Assembly: GCA_963663275.1 (NCBI GenBank)
Contig: OY760183.1
Span: 960,001 to 1,024,000 of the forward strand
Reading direction: 5' to 3'
Length of the DNA stretch: 64,000 bases
From: Chloroflexota bacterium
GTDB lineage: Bacteria > Chloroflexota > UBA11872 > VXOZ01
The notes under the pieces were generated by a model. The model saw only the letters and a list, made by a program, of their open reading frames with translations. It had not been told where the DNA came from and ran no database searches. Every line of letters starts with the position of its first letter. Positions within the stretch are counted from its first letter, which is position 1. Shown piece after piece: positions 40,627 to 50,691 of the stretch. The position numbers were made by a program, and so were the translations under genes.

Positions 40627-42330
40627 TCACGTCCGGCCGAATTCTCGCGCCAATTGCGCGTGGGAGAGCCGCACCATCGTCGGCCGGCCGTGGGGGCAGG
40701 TGCGGGCCAGGTCGCAGCGTTCCAGCGCGCTCAACAGGGCCGCAATTTGCTCGTGGGAGAGCGTATCGCCCGCCTTCACCGCGCCGTGGCAGGCGATCAC
40801 CCAGCGCAGCCGTTCCAGCGGATCGCCGCGATAGTCAGGGTTGTCCTTCTGCTCGATCACCGTGGTCACGAACTGCCCCCAGTCGTGCCCCTTCTCCACG
40901 AGAAATACCGGCACGGCGCGCAATAGCCACGCGCCGCCGAACGGCTCCAGCGCGAAACCCATGCGTCGCAGTTCCTCCGCGTGCGCCTCCAACCATTGCA
41001 GGTGGGTCGGCCCCAGCGACAGCGGTTGCGGCTGGAGCAGCGGTTGGCTTTCGGCCTCCGGCAGGCGCTTCAGCACGGCCTCGTAGAGAATGCGCTCGTG
41101 CGCCGAATGCTGGTCGATCAGGTACATGCCGTCCGCGCCCTCGGCAATCACGTACATGGCGCTGAGTTGTCCCAGCACGCGCAGTTCCGGCGCTGTGGCG
41201 GCAGCGGCGGCCGCGCCGTTGACGGCAGCCGGCGCGTCCGCCTCCACCGGACGGAAGAGGTCTACCGCCCGCGCCGCCTGGCCTGAACCCGGCCGGTTTT
41301 CCACGCCGCGCCAGGTGTCAAGCGGTTGGAAGCGTTGGCGCATGGGCTGCACCGCCACGTGTTCCGCCAGCGCCGCCCGCAGCACGCGGCGCAATTGCCC
41401 CACCACGCGGCCGGTATCCCGCAGCCGGATTTCCGCCTTCTGCGGATGCACGTTCACGTCCACGTCTTCCCACGGCAGCAGGACATCCAGCGCCGCCAGC
41501 GGGTAGCGCCCGTCCGGCATGAGTTCCGCGTACACGTCGGTCACGGCGTAGACCAGCGCCCGCTGCTGCACCCAGCGGCCGTTCACGAAGAGCGAGACGC
41601 CGGTGCGGTTGCCCCGGTGGACGGCCGGCTGGACGAGTACGCCGCGCGCCAGCGGATCGTCCACCGGTATCAGTTGCTCGGCAAGTTCGTGGCCGTGCAT
41701 GGCGATGAAAACGTCCGCCACGCTCCCGCCGCCGCTGCTCGCAAAGACCTCTCGTCCATTGACGCTGAGGGTAAAGCGCACCGCCGGCCGGCTCAGCGCC
41801 AAGTGCTGCACGCACTGTACGACGCGCTGCGCCTCTGCCCGGGGGCTCTTGCAGAAGGCCAGCCGCGCCGGCACGTTGAAGAAGAGATGGCGCACGTCGA
41901 TTGCCGTGCCCACCGGTCCGGCGGCGGGTTCCAGCGCCGTTTGCTCGCCGCCCACGGCCTTTAGCAGGCGCGCGGCGCGGTCTTGCGCCGTGCGCGAACG
42001 CGCGTCCAGGTGCGAGACCGCCGCGATGGACGCCAGCGCCTCGCCGCGGAATCCCAACGTGCGAATGGCCGCCAGGTCCTCCACGCTGCTGAGCTTGCTG
42101 GTGGCGTAGCGGCGCAGCGTGAGCGGCAGATCGTCCGCGCCGATGCCGGCGCCGTCGTCTTCCACCGCGATGCGGCGCAAACCGCCCTGCTCGATTGCAA
42201 TCGTGATTGCGGCGGCCTCCGCGTCCAGCGCGTTCTCGCACAACTCCTTCACCACCGACGCGGGGCGCTCCACCACCTCGCCCGCGGCGATCTTGGCGGC
42301 GAGGGCGGCGGGCAATACGTGAACGGCCAT
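40627..42330 (-). CDS. mutL: DNA mismatch repair endonuclease MutL
   Basis: IAAGEVVERPASVVKEL, GFRGEALASI, DVNVHPQK, DQHSAHERILYE, ACHGAVK, CPHGRP. Confidence 0.97.
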   Translation of the reverse strand: MAVHVLPAALAAKIAAGEVVERPASVVKELCENALDAEAAAITIAIEQGGLRRIAVEDDGAGIGADDLPLTLRRYATSKLSSVEDLAAIRTLGFRGEALASIAAVSHLDARSRTAQDRAARLLKAVGGEQTALEPAAGPVGTAIDVRHLFFNVPARLAFCKSPRAEAQRVVQCVQHLALSRPAVRFTLSVNGREVFASSGGGSVADVFIAMHGHELAEQLIPVDDPLARGVLVQPAVHRGNRTGVSLFVNGRWVQQRALVYAVTDVYAELMPDGRYPLAALDVLLPWEDVDVNVHPQKAEIRLRDTGRVVGQLRRVLRAALAEHVAVQPMRQRFQPLDTWRGVENRPGSGQAARAVDLFRPVEADAPAAVNGAAAAAATAPELRVLGQLSAMYVIAEGADGMYLIDQHSAHERILYEAVLKRLPEAESQPLLQPQPLSLGPTHLQWLEAHAEELRRMGFALEPFGGAWLLRAVPVFLVEKGHDWGQFVTTVIEQKDNPDYRGDPLERLRWVIACHGAVKAGDTLSHEQIAALLSALERCDLARTCPHGRPTMVRLSHAQLAREFGRT

Positions 42331-42508
42331 GCTCTGCATCCTCTCTGTGCCTACGTAGCAGGATAGCAATCGCGGCGGCGCAGGGTCAAAAGGCAGTGTG
42401 GGAGCGGCGGGCGTGGGTTCCCCCACCGCTATTGTGGCGCAACTCCACACGCTCGCGGATATGTGCTTGCTAGAGAAAGAGATTATCTAAAAGAAATTAC
42501 TAAAGATA

Positions 42509-42538
42509 CTTGACACAGAGAGACGCATGTTTTAGAAT
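42509..42538 (+). promoter_or_regulatory. Sigma70-type promoter of the Hsp20 gene
   Basis: TTGACA (42510-42515), 17 bp, TAGAAT (42533-42538), with an AT-rich upstream tract. Confidence 0.8.
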
Positions 42539-42589
42539 GAGAGTCAGAAAGCGCAGTTCATTACTCAGCACACATCAGGAGGTACCACG

Positions 42590-43042
42590 ATGGCTGAACT
42601 CAAGCGCTACGAACCCCACACCTTCGCCTCGGCGCAGGACGTTTTCGACCGCCTGTTCGACCGGACGCTCTTCGGCCCCGGCCTCTTCAGCAACGGCACG
42701 GCGCCGCAGGCCAACCGCGGCTTCCCCTCCAACCTCTGGGAAACCGACGACGCCTACCTGCTGGAGTTGGCAATTCCGGGCGCGAACCCGGACGACGTCG
42801 AGATTACCCTGAGCAAGGGCAGCCTGATCGTCAAGGGCCGCTACGCCCGCCCCGCGGCCGAGACGGCAACCCGCATCTGGCGCAACCTGCCCGACGGCGA
42901 CTTCGAGATCGCCTACACGCTGCCCAGCGCGGTCTACGCCGACGAAGCCGAGGTCTCCTGGGCAAACGGCATCTTCACGGTGCGCCTGCCCAAGGAGGAG
43001 AAGGCCAAATCCAAGCGGCTCAAGGTCCGCGTAGGCAAGTAG
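42590..43042 (+). CDS. Hsp20/alpha-crystallin small heat-shock protein
   Basis: NLWETDDAY, AIPG, NGIFTVRLPK; RBS AGGAGG. Confidence 0.92.
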   Translation: MAELKRYEPHTFASAQDVFDRLFDRTLFGPGLFSNGTAPQANRGFPSNLWETDDAYLLELAIPGANPDDVEITLSKGSLIVKGRYARPAAETATRIWRNLPDGDFEIAYTLPSAVYADEAEVSWANGIFTVRLPKEEKAKSKRLKVRVGK

Positions 43043-43074
43043 CGAGCGCCCGCAGGCGCGCTACCGATCGACAA

Positions 43075-43111
43075 ACGCCCACGGGCGCGTCAACGACGCG
43101 CCCGTGGGCGT
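43075..43111. terminator. Perfect 17-bp stem hairpin between convergent genes
   Basis: ACGCCCACGGGCGCGTC-AAC-GACGCGCCCGTGGGCGT. Confidence 0.65.
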
Positions 43112-43194
43112 CTTGCGTGTGCGGAGTGCGCGCGCCGTTGTCTCGGACGCCGCCGGTGCGGCCGGTGAGCGTGGTTCTACTGCTTGCGCGCGGG

Positions 43195-46100
43195 TCAGGC
43201 CCACCGCAGGCGGCGCAGCAGCGTGGGGATGAACCAGCAGAAGACCAAGACCGGCGCGCCCGCCAGGAAGATGACGATGCCCAGGCGGAACGCCGCCGGC
43301 CGGTAGCGGAAGACGATCTCGTGCTCACCGGCCGGTACCCACACCGCCTGGTAGTAGGCGTTGGCGCGCCAGATGTCTATGGGCGCGCCGTTAAGGGTCG
43401 CTTCCCAGCCGGGGATGAACGTCTCGCCAAAGACGAGCACGCGCGGCGCCGGCGTTTCCAGCCGCACGCTCAGGTACTCCGGCCGGGGGCGCGTGGTTTC
43501 CGGCACGACCGGGCCGGCAGCGTCCGCCAGGGCGTACCGCGCCAGGTTCAGGCCGCCGGATGGCGCGCTCTCGCCAAAGCGCGCCTCCGCCTCAGGGGGC
43601 GCCACGCCGAACGGCGGCCCGCCGCCCCACACGTCCATGCCCTGGAGCCAGTGCTTCAGGGGACGGGCGAAGCCGGTCAGCGCATTTCGCGGCGGCAGTT
43701 CGCGGAACGGCGTCTCGCGCTCCAGGATAACGTCTTCGCCCACGCGGAAGGCCGGATTGGTCAGGGCGGCGCGCGCTTCGTCGGTGCTTTCCGCCACGTA
43801 GACCGTGCCCGCCGTATAGACCGTGCCCAGCGGCCGGTCGCGCCGGTAGAGCTTGAGGTCGCCGCTGAACAGGAGCGTGATTGGTTCGGCGGCCAGGATG
43901 ATGGGCGCGTGGGCCTCGGGGCCGATGGCGCTCATCGCAACCACGCGCAGCGCGCCCGCGGCGGCTCGATATTCCAGGGCCACTTCCTTTATGGCGACAG
44001 TCTCGCCCAATTCGAGCACGGCGTGGTAGCGGCGGCCCTGGGGGTTATCCGGCCACCCGCCCACGTCGCGGGCCGCCTGGTGGGCCGGGGTCGCTTTTTC
44101 GTACTCGCCCTCGGCGGTGTGGATGCCGGCCTGGAGCGGCCGCTCGATAACGCGGCCTGCGGTGGTGGTGACCCGCGCCACGGCCACCAGTTGCCCCTGC
44201 GGCAGCGCCGCCGCGCCGGTGAGATACGAGATGACGCCGATGCGGTCGGCGGCGATTTCCGGCGCGTTGGGAACGGCGGCGGTCGGATTGTCGGCATCGA
44301 CGGCCAGGGCGAACGTGGTGTCGTAGAAGACGTCGTCCACCCAGGGATCGTGGATCTTGTCATCCAGCAGGTAGGCCACGCCGAAGAGGTCCAGGATTCG
44401 CGGCGGCGGCACGGCCCGGAGTTGGTCGCGCAGGATCGCGTCCGGCTGCGCCGACGCGCCGGCTTGCAGTACCTCCTTCATGCCCGCGTAGCCGCCCATG
44501 GGCAGCACCCCGCCGTCGTAGCCGTCCACGGTGGGGATGCGCAATCCCAGCGGCGTGTTCGGCGTCATCACCTCGAAGTACTTCTGGGTGACCAGCAGAT
44601 TGTAGGTGCTGCCGGTTCCCAGGTGGGCGAACCGCTCCCGCAGTTCCGGCTCCACGCCGGGCGCGTAGGCGGTGCCGGCCAGGCTGAGGACGCGGCCCCC
44701 TTCACCGGCGGCCCGGCCGGCGTACGCATCGCGCAGGATGGCGGTCACGGGACCCGGATCGGTGTAGGCCATGGCCGGCGGCGCTTGGTTGTACTCCAGA
44801 TGGCGCGAGGCCCAGAAGAGTTCCAGCGCGACGACCAGCGGCAGGAGCCACACAACGCCCGGCGCGCGCGCCGCCAGCAGGATCAGCGCCGCGCTGCCAA
44901 CGGCGAGAACGACCCAGATGAAGGCAAACTCCGCCGCAAGTGTGTGCTGGAGCGGCGCCAGGCCGGCCGCGGCCAGCGCCAGGAGAGACGCGCCGGCGCC
45001 AAAGCGCAGCAGCGGGCCGCGCAGCGGCAGGCCGCCGCGCGCCGCGCGCGCGAGCCAGTCCAGGCCGATGCCGGCGAGCACGCTGGCGGCGAACGTGTAG
45101 AGCAGCAGCCAGCGGGCGGGCACGCGAAAGAGGTCCAGCCCGGGCAACACCTCGAAGAGCGCCGGATAGAGCGGATTGGCCGCGCCCAGCACCAGCAGCA
45201 GCGAGAACGCGGCGAGGCCGGCGAAACCCCATGCGGCCGGGCGGCGGTAGGCGCACACCACGCCCAGCAGCGCCAGGGACATGGCCAGGATTCCGATGAA
45301 GCCGAAGTATTCGGCGCTGCTCACGGAACCGTCCGGCGTGGGCAGCATACCGGCCAGGAACTCGCGGGGCGAGAGCGAGAACGCCGTGGCCTCGCCATAG
45401 CTCAAGCCCCCCTGGCGGATGGAGTGATGGGTGAGTTGGAGCATGGGCACCGCCTGGGGCGCGGCGAGCGCCGCCGTGCCCGCGAACGCGCCGCCCAGCA
45501 AGGCCAGCGCCACCACCGGACGCCACAGCAATTGCGTGTACCAGTCTCTGAGGGAAGCAAACCAGGCGGGCGCGGCCGGGGGGCCTGCCTTGGGCGGGTG
45601 TGAAGCGCGCTCCGGCGCGGACGGGCCGCCCGCTTCGAGAAAAGCGGGCCGGAGCGCGGCGACGCCGAGCCAGTCCCATGCGGCGCGTCCCAGCCAGCAG
45701 AGCATCACGGCGGCCAGCGTCATGTACGAGGGTTGCGCGTGTCCGGCGAGGAATTGCAGCGCCAGGATGACGCTCAGCGCCACCGCCCACCGCACGCTGC
45801 GTCCGTCATAGAGGCGGTGCGCGGCCAGCAGCGCCCACGGCAGCCAGACGGCGGCGTTAACCTGGTTGACGTGCCCGACCTGCGCCCCCAGAAAACCGCT
45901 GAGGCCGAACGTGGCGGCCGCGCCCACTGCCGCGAGCCAGGCCAGCCCCGTCGCCCGCCGGGTGTAGGCGTACACGCCCAGCGCGCCCCAGACCAGGTGG
46001 ATGGCGATCGAGAGCGCCAGGCCGGTCTCGGTGGCTACGAGCAGGTAGAGCAGGTTGGGCGGATAGAGCACGGCGGTCTGCTGGTTGGCGAGAAACGGCG

Positions 46101-46341
46101 CGCCCTGGAAGAGATAGGGGTTCCACAACGGCAGGTCGGCCTGCCGCAGCGCCGCCGCGGCGTACTGGCGGTAGGGGTAGAAGTAGGTGGAAAGGTCGTA
46201 GCCGGCCAGCACCCGGTCGGTGAGCAACGCTTTCCAGAAGAACGCGGTGACACCCGCCGCCAGCGCCAGCGCGGCGCCCAGCCACGGCCCGTGACGTTGG
46301 ATGAACGGATTGGTAGAGAGTGGGTGAGTCAATGCGGCCAC
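43195..46341 (-). CDS. YfhO-family membrane protein (GT-C fold glycosyltransferase-like)
   Basis: PLWNPYLFQGAPFLAN, AGHAQ, FRVPARW, and C-terminal ETFIPGWEA...PAGEHEIVFRYRP. Confidence 0.85.
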   Translation of the reverse strand: MAALTHPLSTNPFIQRHGPWLGAALALAAGVTAFFWKALLTDRVLAGYDLSTYFYPYRQYAAAALRQADLPLWNPYLFQGAPFLANQQTAVLYPPNLLYLLVATETGLALSIAIHLVWGALGVYAYTRRATGLAWLAAVGAAATFGLSGFLGAQVGHVNQVNAAVWLPWALLAAHRLYDGRSVRWAVALSVILALQFLAGHAQPSYMTLAAVMLCWLGRAAWDWLGVAALRPAFLEAGGPSAPERASHPPKAGPPAAPAWFASLRDWYTQLLWRPVVALALLGGAFAGTAALAAPQAVPMLQLTHHSIRQGGLSYGEATAFSLSPREFLAGMLPTPDGSVSSAEYFGFIGILAMSLALLGVVCAYRRPAAWGFAGLAAFSLLLVLGAANPLYPALFEVLPGLDLFRVPARWLLLYTFAASVLAGIGLDWLARAARGGLPLRGPLLRFGAGASLLALAAAGLAPLQHTLAAEFAFIWVVLAVGSAALILLAARAPGVVWLLPLVVALELFWASRHLEYNQAPPAMAYTDPGPVTAILRDAYAGRAAGEGGRVLSLAGTAYAPGVEPELRERFAHLGTGSTYNLLVTQKYFEVMTPNTPLGLRIPTVDGYDGGVLPMGGYAGMKEVLQAGASAQPDAILRDQLRAVPPPRILDLFGVAYLLDDKIHDPWVDDVFYDTTFALAVDADNPTAAVPNAPEIAADRIGVISYLTGAAALPQGQLVAVARVTTTAGRVIERPLQAGIHTAEGEYEKATPAHQAARDVGGWPDNPQGRRYHAVLELGETVAIKEVALEYRAAAGALRVVAMSAIGPEAHAPIILAAEPITLLFSGDLKLYRRDRPLGTVYTAGTVYVAESTDEARAALTNPAFRVGEDVILERETPFRELPPRNALTGFARPLKHWLQGMDVWGGGPPFGVAPPEAEARFGESAPSGGLNLARYALADAAGPVVPETTRPRPEYLSVRLETPAPRVLVFGETFIPGWEATLNGAPIDIWRANAYYQAVWVPAGEHEIVFRYRPAAFRLGIVIFLAGAPVLVFCWFIPTLLRRLRWA

Positions 46342-46394
46342 GCGCGGCGATTGCGCCTGAATGGCTCCTGGATTCCTTGCACGATCTGGCGCGG

Positions 46395-47015
46395 TCAGGT
46401 GATTTCGTGCGCCAGGATGATGGCTTCGGCGATCTCTTTCATCGGCTTGCGGCGGTCCATGGCCAGCTTTTGAATGCGCCGGAAGGCCGCGCTTTCCGAT
46501 AGGCCCTGCCGGTCCATCAGCAGCCCCTTGGCGCGTTCCACCAAGCGCCGCGTTTCCAGGGTTTCCTTGAGATCGACGTTCTCCTGCTCGATTGCCCGCA
46601 ACTCGGCAAAGCGGGCGATGGCGACCTCCAGCGTGGGCACCAGGTCGGCTTCGCGGAAGGGTTTGGAGATGTAGCCGAGCACCCCGGCCTCGCGGGCGTC
46701 TTCGACCAGATCGCGATCGCTGTAGGCCGTGAGCAGCACCACCGGCGCGATCCGTTCTTGCAGCATGATGCGCGCCGCGCTGATGCCATCCATCTTTGGC
46801 ATCTTGATGTCCATCAACACCAGGTCCGGCCGCAAGCGCCGCGCCAGGGTCACGGCCACGTGGCCGTCCGCGGCCTCCCCGACCACGGTGTAGCCCAGGT
46901 CGCTCAGCCGCTCGCGCAGGTCCAGGCGGATGATCGACTCATCGTCCACGATGAGAATCTGCGCCTGCGGCGTTGGCTGCTCCGGCGATGACGTGTGGGT
47001 GTATTCTGTGCTCAT
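46395..47015 (-). CDS. REC-ANTAR response regulator (PdtaR/EutV-like)
   Basis: IVDDE, MDIKMP, LTAY, SKP, then LETRRLVERAKGLLM...AFRRIQKLAMDRR. Confidence 0.93.
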   Translation of the reverse strand: MSTEYTHTSSPEQPTPQAQILIVDDESIIRLDLRERLSDLGYTVVGEAADGHVAVTLARRLRPDLVLMDIKMPKMDGISAARIMLQERIAPVVLLTAYSDRDLVEDAREAGVLGYISKPFREADLVPTLEVAIARFAELRAIEQENVDLKETLETRRLVERAKGLLMDRQGLSESAAFRRIQKLAMDRRKPMKEIAEAIILAHEIT

Positions 47016-47209
47016 GGTCTTGTCGTGGATGATTGCTGGCGGTGACCGCAAAGCCTTTCGCGCGGCAGGCGCGCCCGCGACCGCCTGGCCGCATGGCGCG
47101 GAACGGCTTTGCCATCCATGATACACTACCTGCCGGTAGAGAGAAGGATTCTGGTCATTCCAGAGGCGTTTGCAGCCGGTCAACGTCCTCTCCCGCGCGT
47201 CCGCCCGCC

Positions 47210-47560
47210 GGTAGGGGCACGACATGTCGTGCCCCTACCCGCGCGGCCCACAGGCCGTAACGCGGGGTCTCGTCCCCCGCTTAGACAAACGGGGTGTTGC
47301 CGATCGCCGGATGCCGTAGCGCGGGGGCTTGTCCCCCGCCGGAGCGGGAGAGGCGGACGTGCAGAGGATTGACCTTACGGGGACGCAGGTTATGCGCACC
47401 TTCCGTGCGAACCTGCGCTACCGGAGGCGCCTGCGCAACCGGAGATGTGAGTCGCGGTTCCACAGGCCGTAGCGCGGGGGCTTGTCCCCCGCCTGGACAA
47501 ATGAGGATGTTGCCGATTGCCGGATGCCGTAGCGCGGGGGCTTGTCCCCCGCCGGAGCGG
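47210..47560. repeat. REP cluster: a family B palindrome, three family A REPs and the MITE-A interior without its inverted ends
   Basis: About 50-bp direct duplication at 47297 and 47510; GGATTGACCTTACGG..CGCAGGTT..AACCTGCGCTACCGGAG. Confidence 0.8.
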
Positions 47561-47700
47561 AAATGAAATCGCTGAAACCGGCGTCCGCCTGAACCCCTGT
47601 AGCGGCGAGGGAATAGCCGCCCGCGGTGTCGTATCCCAACTATGGGCGCAGGCACGCCTGTAGCGGCGATGCGGACAGCCGCCTGCCAAGAACGGAATCT

Positions 47701-48801
47701 ATGCCAATCACGCCGGATGACGATCGCGCGTACTACGTGGCGCTGAGCCTGGCGCCGGAGATGGGGCCGGGGCGGATGCACCGGCTGCTGCGGCGCTTTG
47801 GCACGCTGGCGGCGGCTTGGCGCGCCTCGCCCGCCGCCTGGCGCGACGCCGGGCTGGAACCGGCCGTAGCCGCCGGGCTGGAACGCGCGCGCCGCGAAAT
47901 CGACCCGGCGCGGGAGTTGGCCCGTCTTGCCCAGTTGGACGTTACCGCGCTCACGTGGGCGGACGACGCCTTTCCCCCGCTCCTGCGCCAGATTCCCAGC
48001 CCGCCGGTGCTCCTCTACGTGCGCGGCGCAATAGAAGCGCGCGACGAATTGGCGGTGGCGGTGGTGGGCACGCGCAACGCCACCGCCTACGGGCGCAGCG
48101 TCACCCGCCGCTTGGCCGCCGATCTGGCCGCCAGCGGCGTGACCGTGGTGAGCGGCCTGGCGCGCGGCATCGACGCCGCGGCCCACCGCGCCGCGCTGGA
48201 CGCGGGCGGGCGCACCCTGGCCGTCTTCGGCTGCGGGCTGGACGTCATCTATCCGCCCGAGCACCGGCGGCTGGCGGAAGAGGTCGCCGCCCAGGGCGCG
48301 CTCATCTCGGAGTATCCCCTGGGACGGCAGCCCGCGGCCGAGCAGTTTCCGGTGCGCAACCGGCTGATTAGCGGTCTTTCGCTGGGCGTTGTCATCACCG
48401 AATCCCGGGAGCGGAGCGGCGCGTTGATCACGGCCGAGTTCGCCGGCGTGCAGGGGCGCGACGTGTTCGCCGTGCCCGGCAGCATTCTGAACCAATCCAG
48501 CGCCGGCCCGCACCGCCTGATCCAGGACGGCGCCAAGCTGGTGATGCGGGTGGAGGACATTCTGCAAGACCTGAACATCCACCTGACCGGACGCCAGGCC
48601 GCGCTCACCGCCGCCGCGCCCTTGAGCGTGGAGGAACAGCAGATCTTCGACCTCCTGGAGGGCGATCCGCTGCACGTGGACGAAATCAGCGTCCAGACTC
48701 AGATTCCGGTGCAGCAGGTGAGCAGCGTGCTCACGCTGATGGAGGTGCGGGGCATTGTGCACGCGGTGGGGGCGCTGACGTACGCGCGCGGCAGAGCGTG
48801 A
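47701..48801 (+). CDS. dprA: DNA-processing protein DprA
   Basis: VAVVGTRNATAYG, VSGLARGID, FPVRNRLISGLS, SGALITA, C-terminal winged helix. Confidence 0.96.
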   Translation: MPITPDDDRAYYVALSLAPEMGPGRMHRLLRRFGTLAAAWRASPAAWRDAGLEPAVAAGLERARREIDPARELARLAQLDVTALTWADDAFPPLLRQIPSPPVLLYVRGAIEARDELAVAVVGTRNATAYGRSVTRRLAADLAASGVTVVSGLARGIDAAAHRAALDAGGRTLAVFGCGLDVIYPPEHRRLAEEVAAQGALISEYPLGRQPAAEQFPVRNRLISGLSLGVVITESRERSGALITAEFAGVQGRDVFAVPGSILNQSSAGPHRLIQDGAKLVMRVEDILQDLNIHLTGRQAALTAAAPLSVEEQQIFDLLEGDPLHVDEISVQTQIPVQQVSSVLTLMEVRGIVHAVGALTYARGRA

Positions 48802-49136
48802 GGCGGCGGATGAGCGCAAACCCCCACGCCCTGTATGAACTTCTGGCGCAGGCCAACGCGGCCGAGCAGGAATTGCTGCTGCGCTTCCTGCTGGGCAAAC
48901 GCACCGCCGCCCTGGGGCGCGCCAACCCCCGGCTCGACCTCTTCCTGGCGGAACTGCAAGTGGCGCTGCCCGGCGCCAGCGACGCGCTGGGCGATCTGCG
49001 CTTCCGGTTGGGAGACGAGTTGCACGGCGAAATCGCCCGCTGGGCGCAAGGCGGGACTGCAACGCCGGCCGCGCGGGAGACGGCGCGCCTCTACCGGCGC
49101 GTGCTGGCGCGGTATGAGGCGCTTTTTCTGAAATGA
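48798..49136 (+). CDS. Hypothetical protein, translationally coupled to dprA and lipB
   Basis: GTGA overlap with the dprA stop and ATGA overlap with the lipB start. Confidence 0.6.
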   Translation: MRRRMSANPHALYELLAQANAAEQELLLRFLLGKRTAALGRANPRLDLFLAELQVALPGASDALGDLRFRLGDELHGEIARWAQGGTATPAARETARLYRRVLARYEALFLK

Positions 49137-50029
49137 CGGGAACCGATCGCTTCATGCTAGACGAACGACCGGGAGTTGTGCGCCCGGCCCGCGCTTCGAC
49201 GGGCGCAGCGCGAACGGACACTGGTTCGCTCTGGGTGGCGGCGCTCGGTTGCGTTGACTATGCGCAGGCGCTGGCCTTGCAGCGGCGTCTGTGGCAAGCG
49301 CGGCGCGAGGACGCCATTCCCGATACGCTGCTGCTGCTCAGCCATCCGCCGACGATTACGCTGGGCCGCCGCGCGGATCCGGCGCATCTGCTGGCGGAAC
49401 CCGCCGTCCTGCGCGCGGCCGGCATCGAGGTGGTCAAGAGCGAGCGCGGCGGCGCGGCCACGTATCACGGACCGGGACAACTCGTCGGCTACTGCATCGT
49501 CAAGCTGGCCGAGCGCGGACCCAGGGACTTCGTCCACCGCCTGGAGGAGGTCTTGATCAGGGTAGCGCGGGCGTACGGCGTTCCGGCGGAGCGGCTGCCT
49601 GGGGACACCGGCGTGTGGGTCAAGGGGCGCAAACTGGCCGCCTTGGGCCTCACGCTGCAACGGCGGGTGACCCGCCACGGCTTTGCCCTGAACGTCGCGC
49701 CCAATCTGGCGCACTTTCAATACATCGTGCCCTGCGGCCCGCCGCCGGCCGCCAAGCGGGCGGCCTGCGCTTCCGAGCGGACGGCTTCCGCTGCCGAGTG
49801 GGCGTCTTCCGCTTCCCAGCGGGCGTCTTCCGCTTCCCAGCGGGCGTCTTCCGCTGCCGAGCGGCCAGCTTTCGGGGCGGCAACCTCGCTGGCGCGGGAG
49901 CGCGGGGACGCGCCCGGCGAAGCGGCAGTGCGGGAGGCCGTTTGCAATGAGATGGCGGCCGTGTTCGGCATGGCCGTCGCACACGTATCGTATGCCGACC
50001 TCAGCCGGAGATTGAAATCTGAACCGTAG
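49133..50029 (+). CDS. lipB: Octanoyltransferase LipB
   Basis: LSHPPTITLG, RGGAATYHGPGQLVGY, RKLAALG, HGFALNV, IVPCG. Confidence 0.93.
   Translation: MTGTDRFMLDERPGVVRPARASTGAARTDTGSLWVAALGCVDYAQALALQRRLWQARREDAIPDTLLLLSHPPTITLGRRADPAHLLAEPAVLRAAGIEVVKSERGGAATYHGPGQLVGYCIVKLAERGPRDFVHRLEEVLIRVARAYGVPAERLPGDTGVWVKGRKLAALGLTLQRRVTRHGFALNVAPNLAHFQYIVPCGPPPAAKRAACASERTASAAEWASSASQRASSASQRASSAAERPAFGAATSLARERGDAPGEAAVREAVCNEMAAVFGMAVAHVSYADLSRRLKSEP
49754..49864 (+). repeat. In-frame 21-bp tandem repeat (about 5 copies) inside lipB
   Basis: (C/G)AGCGGGCGTCTTCCGCT(T/G)CC units. Confidence 0.88.
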
Positions 50030-50223
50030 CGCGGGGGCTTGTCCCCAATACTGTCGCATTAACGTAGCGCGGGGGCTTGTCCCCCGCCGGAACAAGAAAA
50101 ATGAGAACGGAATGGATTGACCTTACGGAAGACGCAGGTTACAAACCTGCGCTACCGGAGAAACGAGCGTTGTTTTCACTCTCATTGTGTTTAATGCGAC
50201 AGCATTGGGGCTTGTCCCCCGCC
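50025..50223 (+). mobile_element. MITE-A copy 4 (162 bp, 50046-50207) inserted in a GTAG-REP
   Basis: Identical to 3171-3332; GGGCTTGTCCC duplicated on both sides. Confidence 0.85.
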
Positions 50224-50384
50224 CGCGTAAGGATGAGCGCGCCGACCACGCTGCCGACGCTTGCCCGCCGCCTGCGGAGACACCGAACCGTAGCGCGAAG
50301 GCTTGTCCCCAGCGGTGTGGCGTTAGAGTGCAATACTTGCCACTGTCTTGCCCACACTAGAGAGATTGATGAACATGCGCGCAG

Positions 50385-50478
50385 CCGTTCGCCTTGAGCC
50401 TGTCGAAAGGTGAACGGCGAGTTGGTTGTGGCGCACTGTACTACCCGTTCATACTTCGACGGGCTCAGCACGAACGGG
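50385..50478. repeat. Repeat family D inverted pair
   Basis: CCGTTCGCCTTGAGCCTGTCGAAAGG...CTTCGACGGGCTCAGCACGAACGG. Confidence 0.8.
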
Positions 50479-50691
50479 TAGTACAGTGCTCATCAGTCTA
50501 GCGTGAAACCATTGCGGCTTGTCCCCCGCCCGCGTAAGGAAATGGCGGGGGACTAACGGCGGCATGGCGGCGCATCGTTGCGGCCTGGGCCCGCGCCGTC
50601 CCGGGAGCGTCCGCGCGGAACGCCGCCGCAGTTGCGCACCGCCGCGCGCCGTGCCATAATGGGCTCGAATGAACACGACGTGAGGAGACCG

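Noticed and set aside
43117-45603. Long antisense ORFs (also 33596-35572, 60463-62529, 47281-49221 and others)
   Set aside because: Shadow frames of well-supported genes in high-GC DNA, with no motifs.
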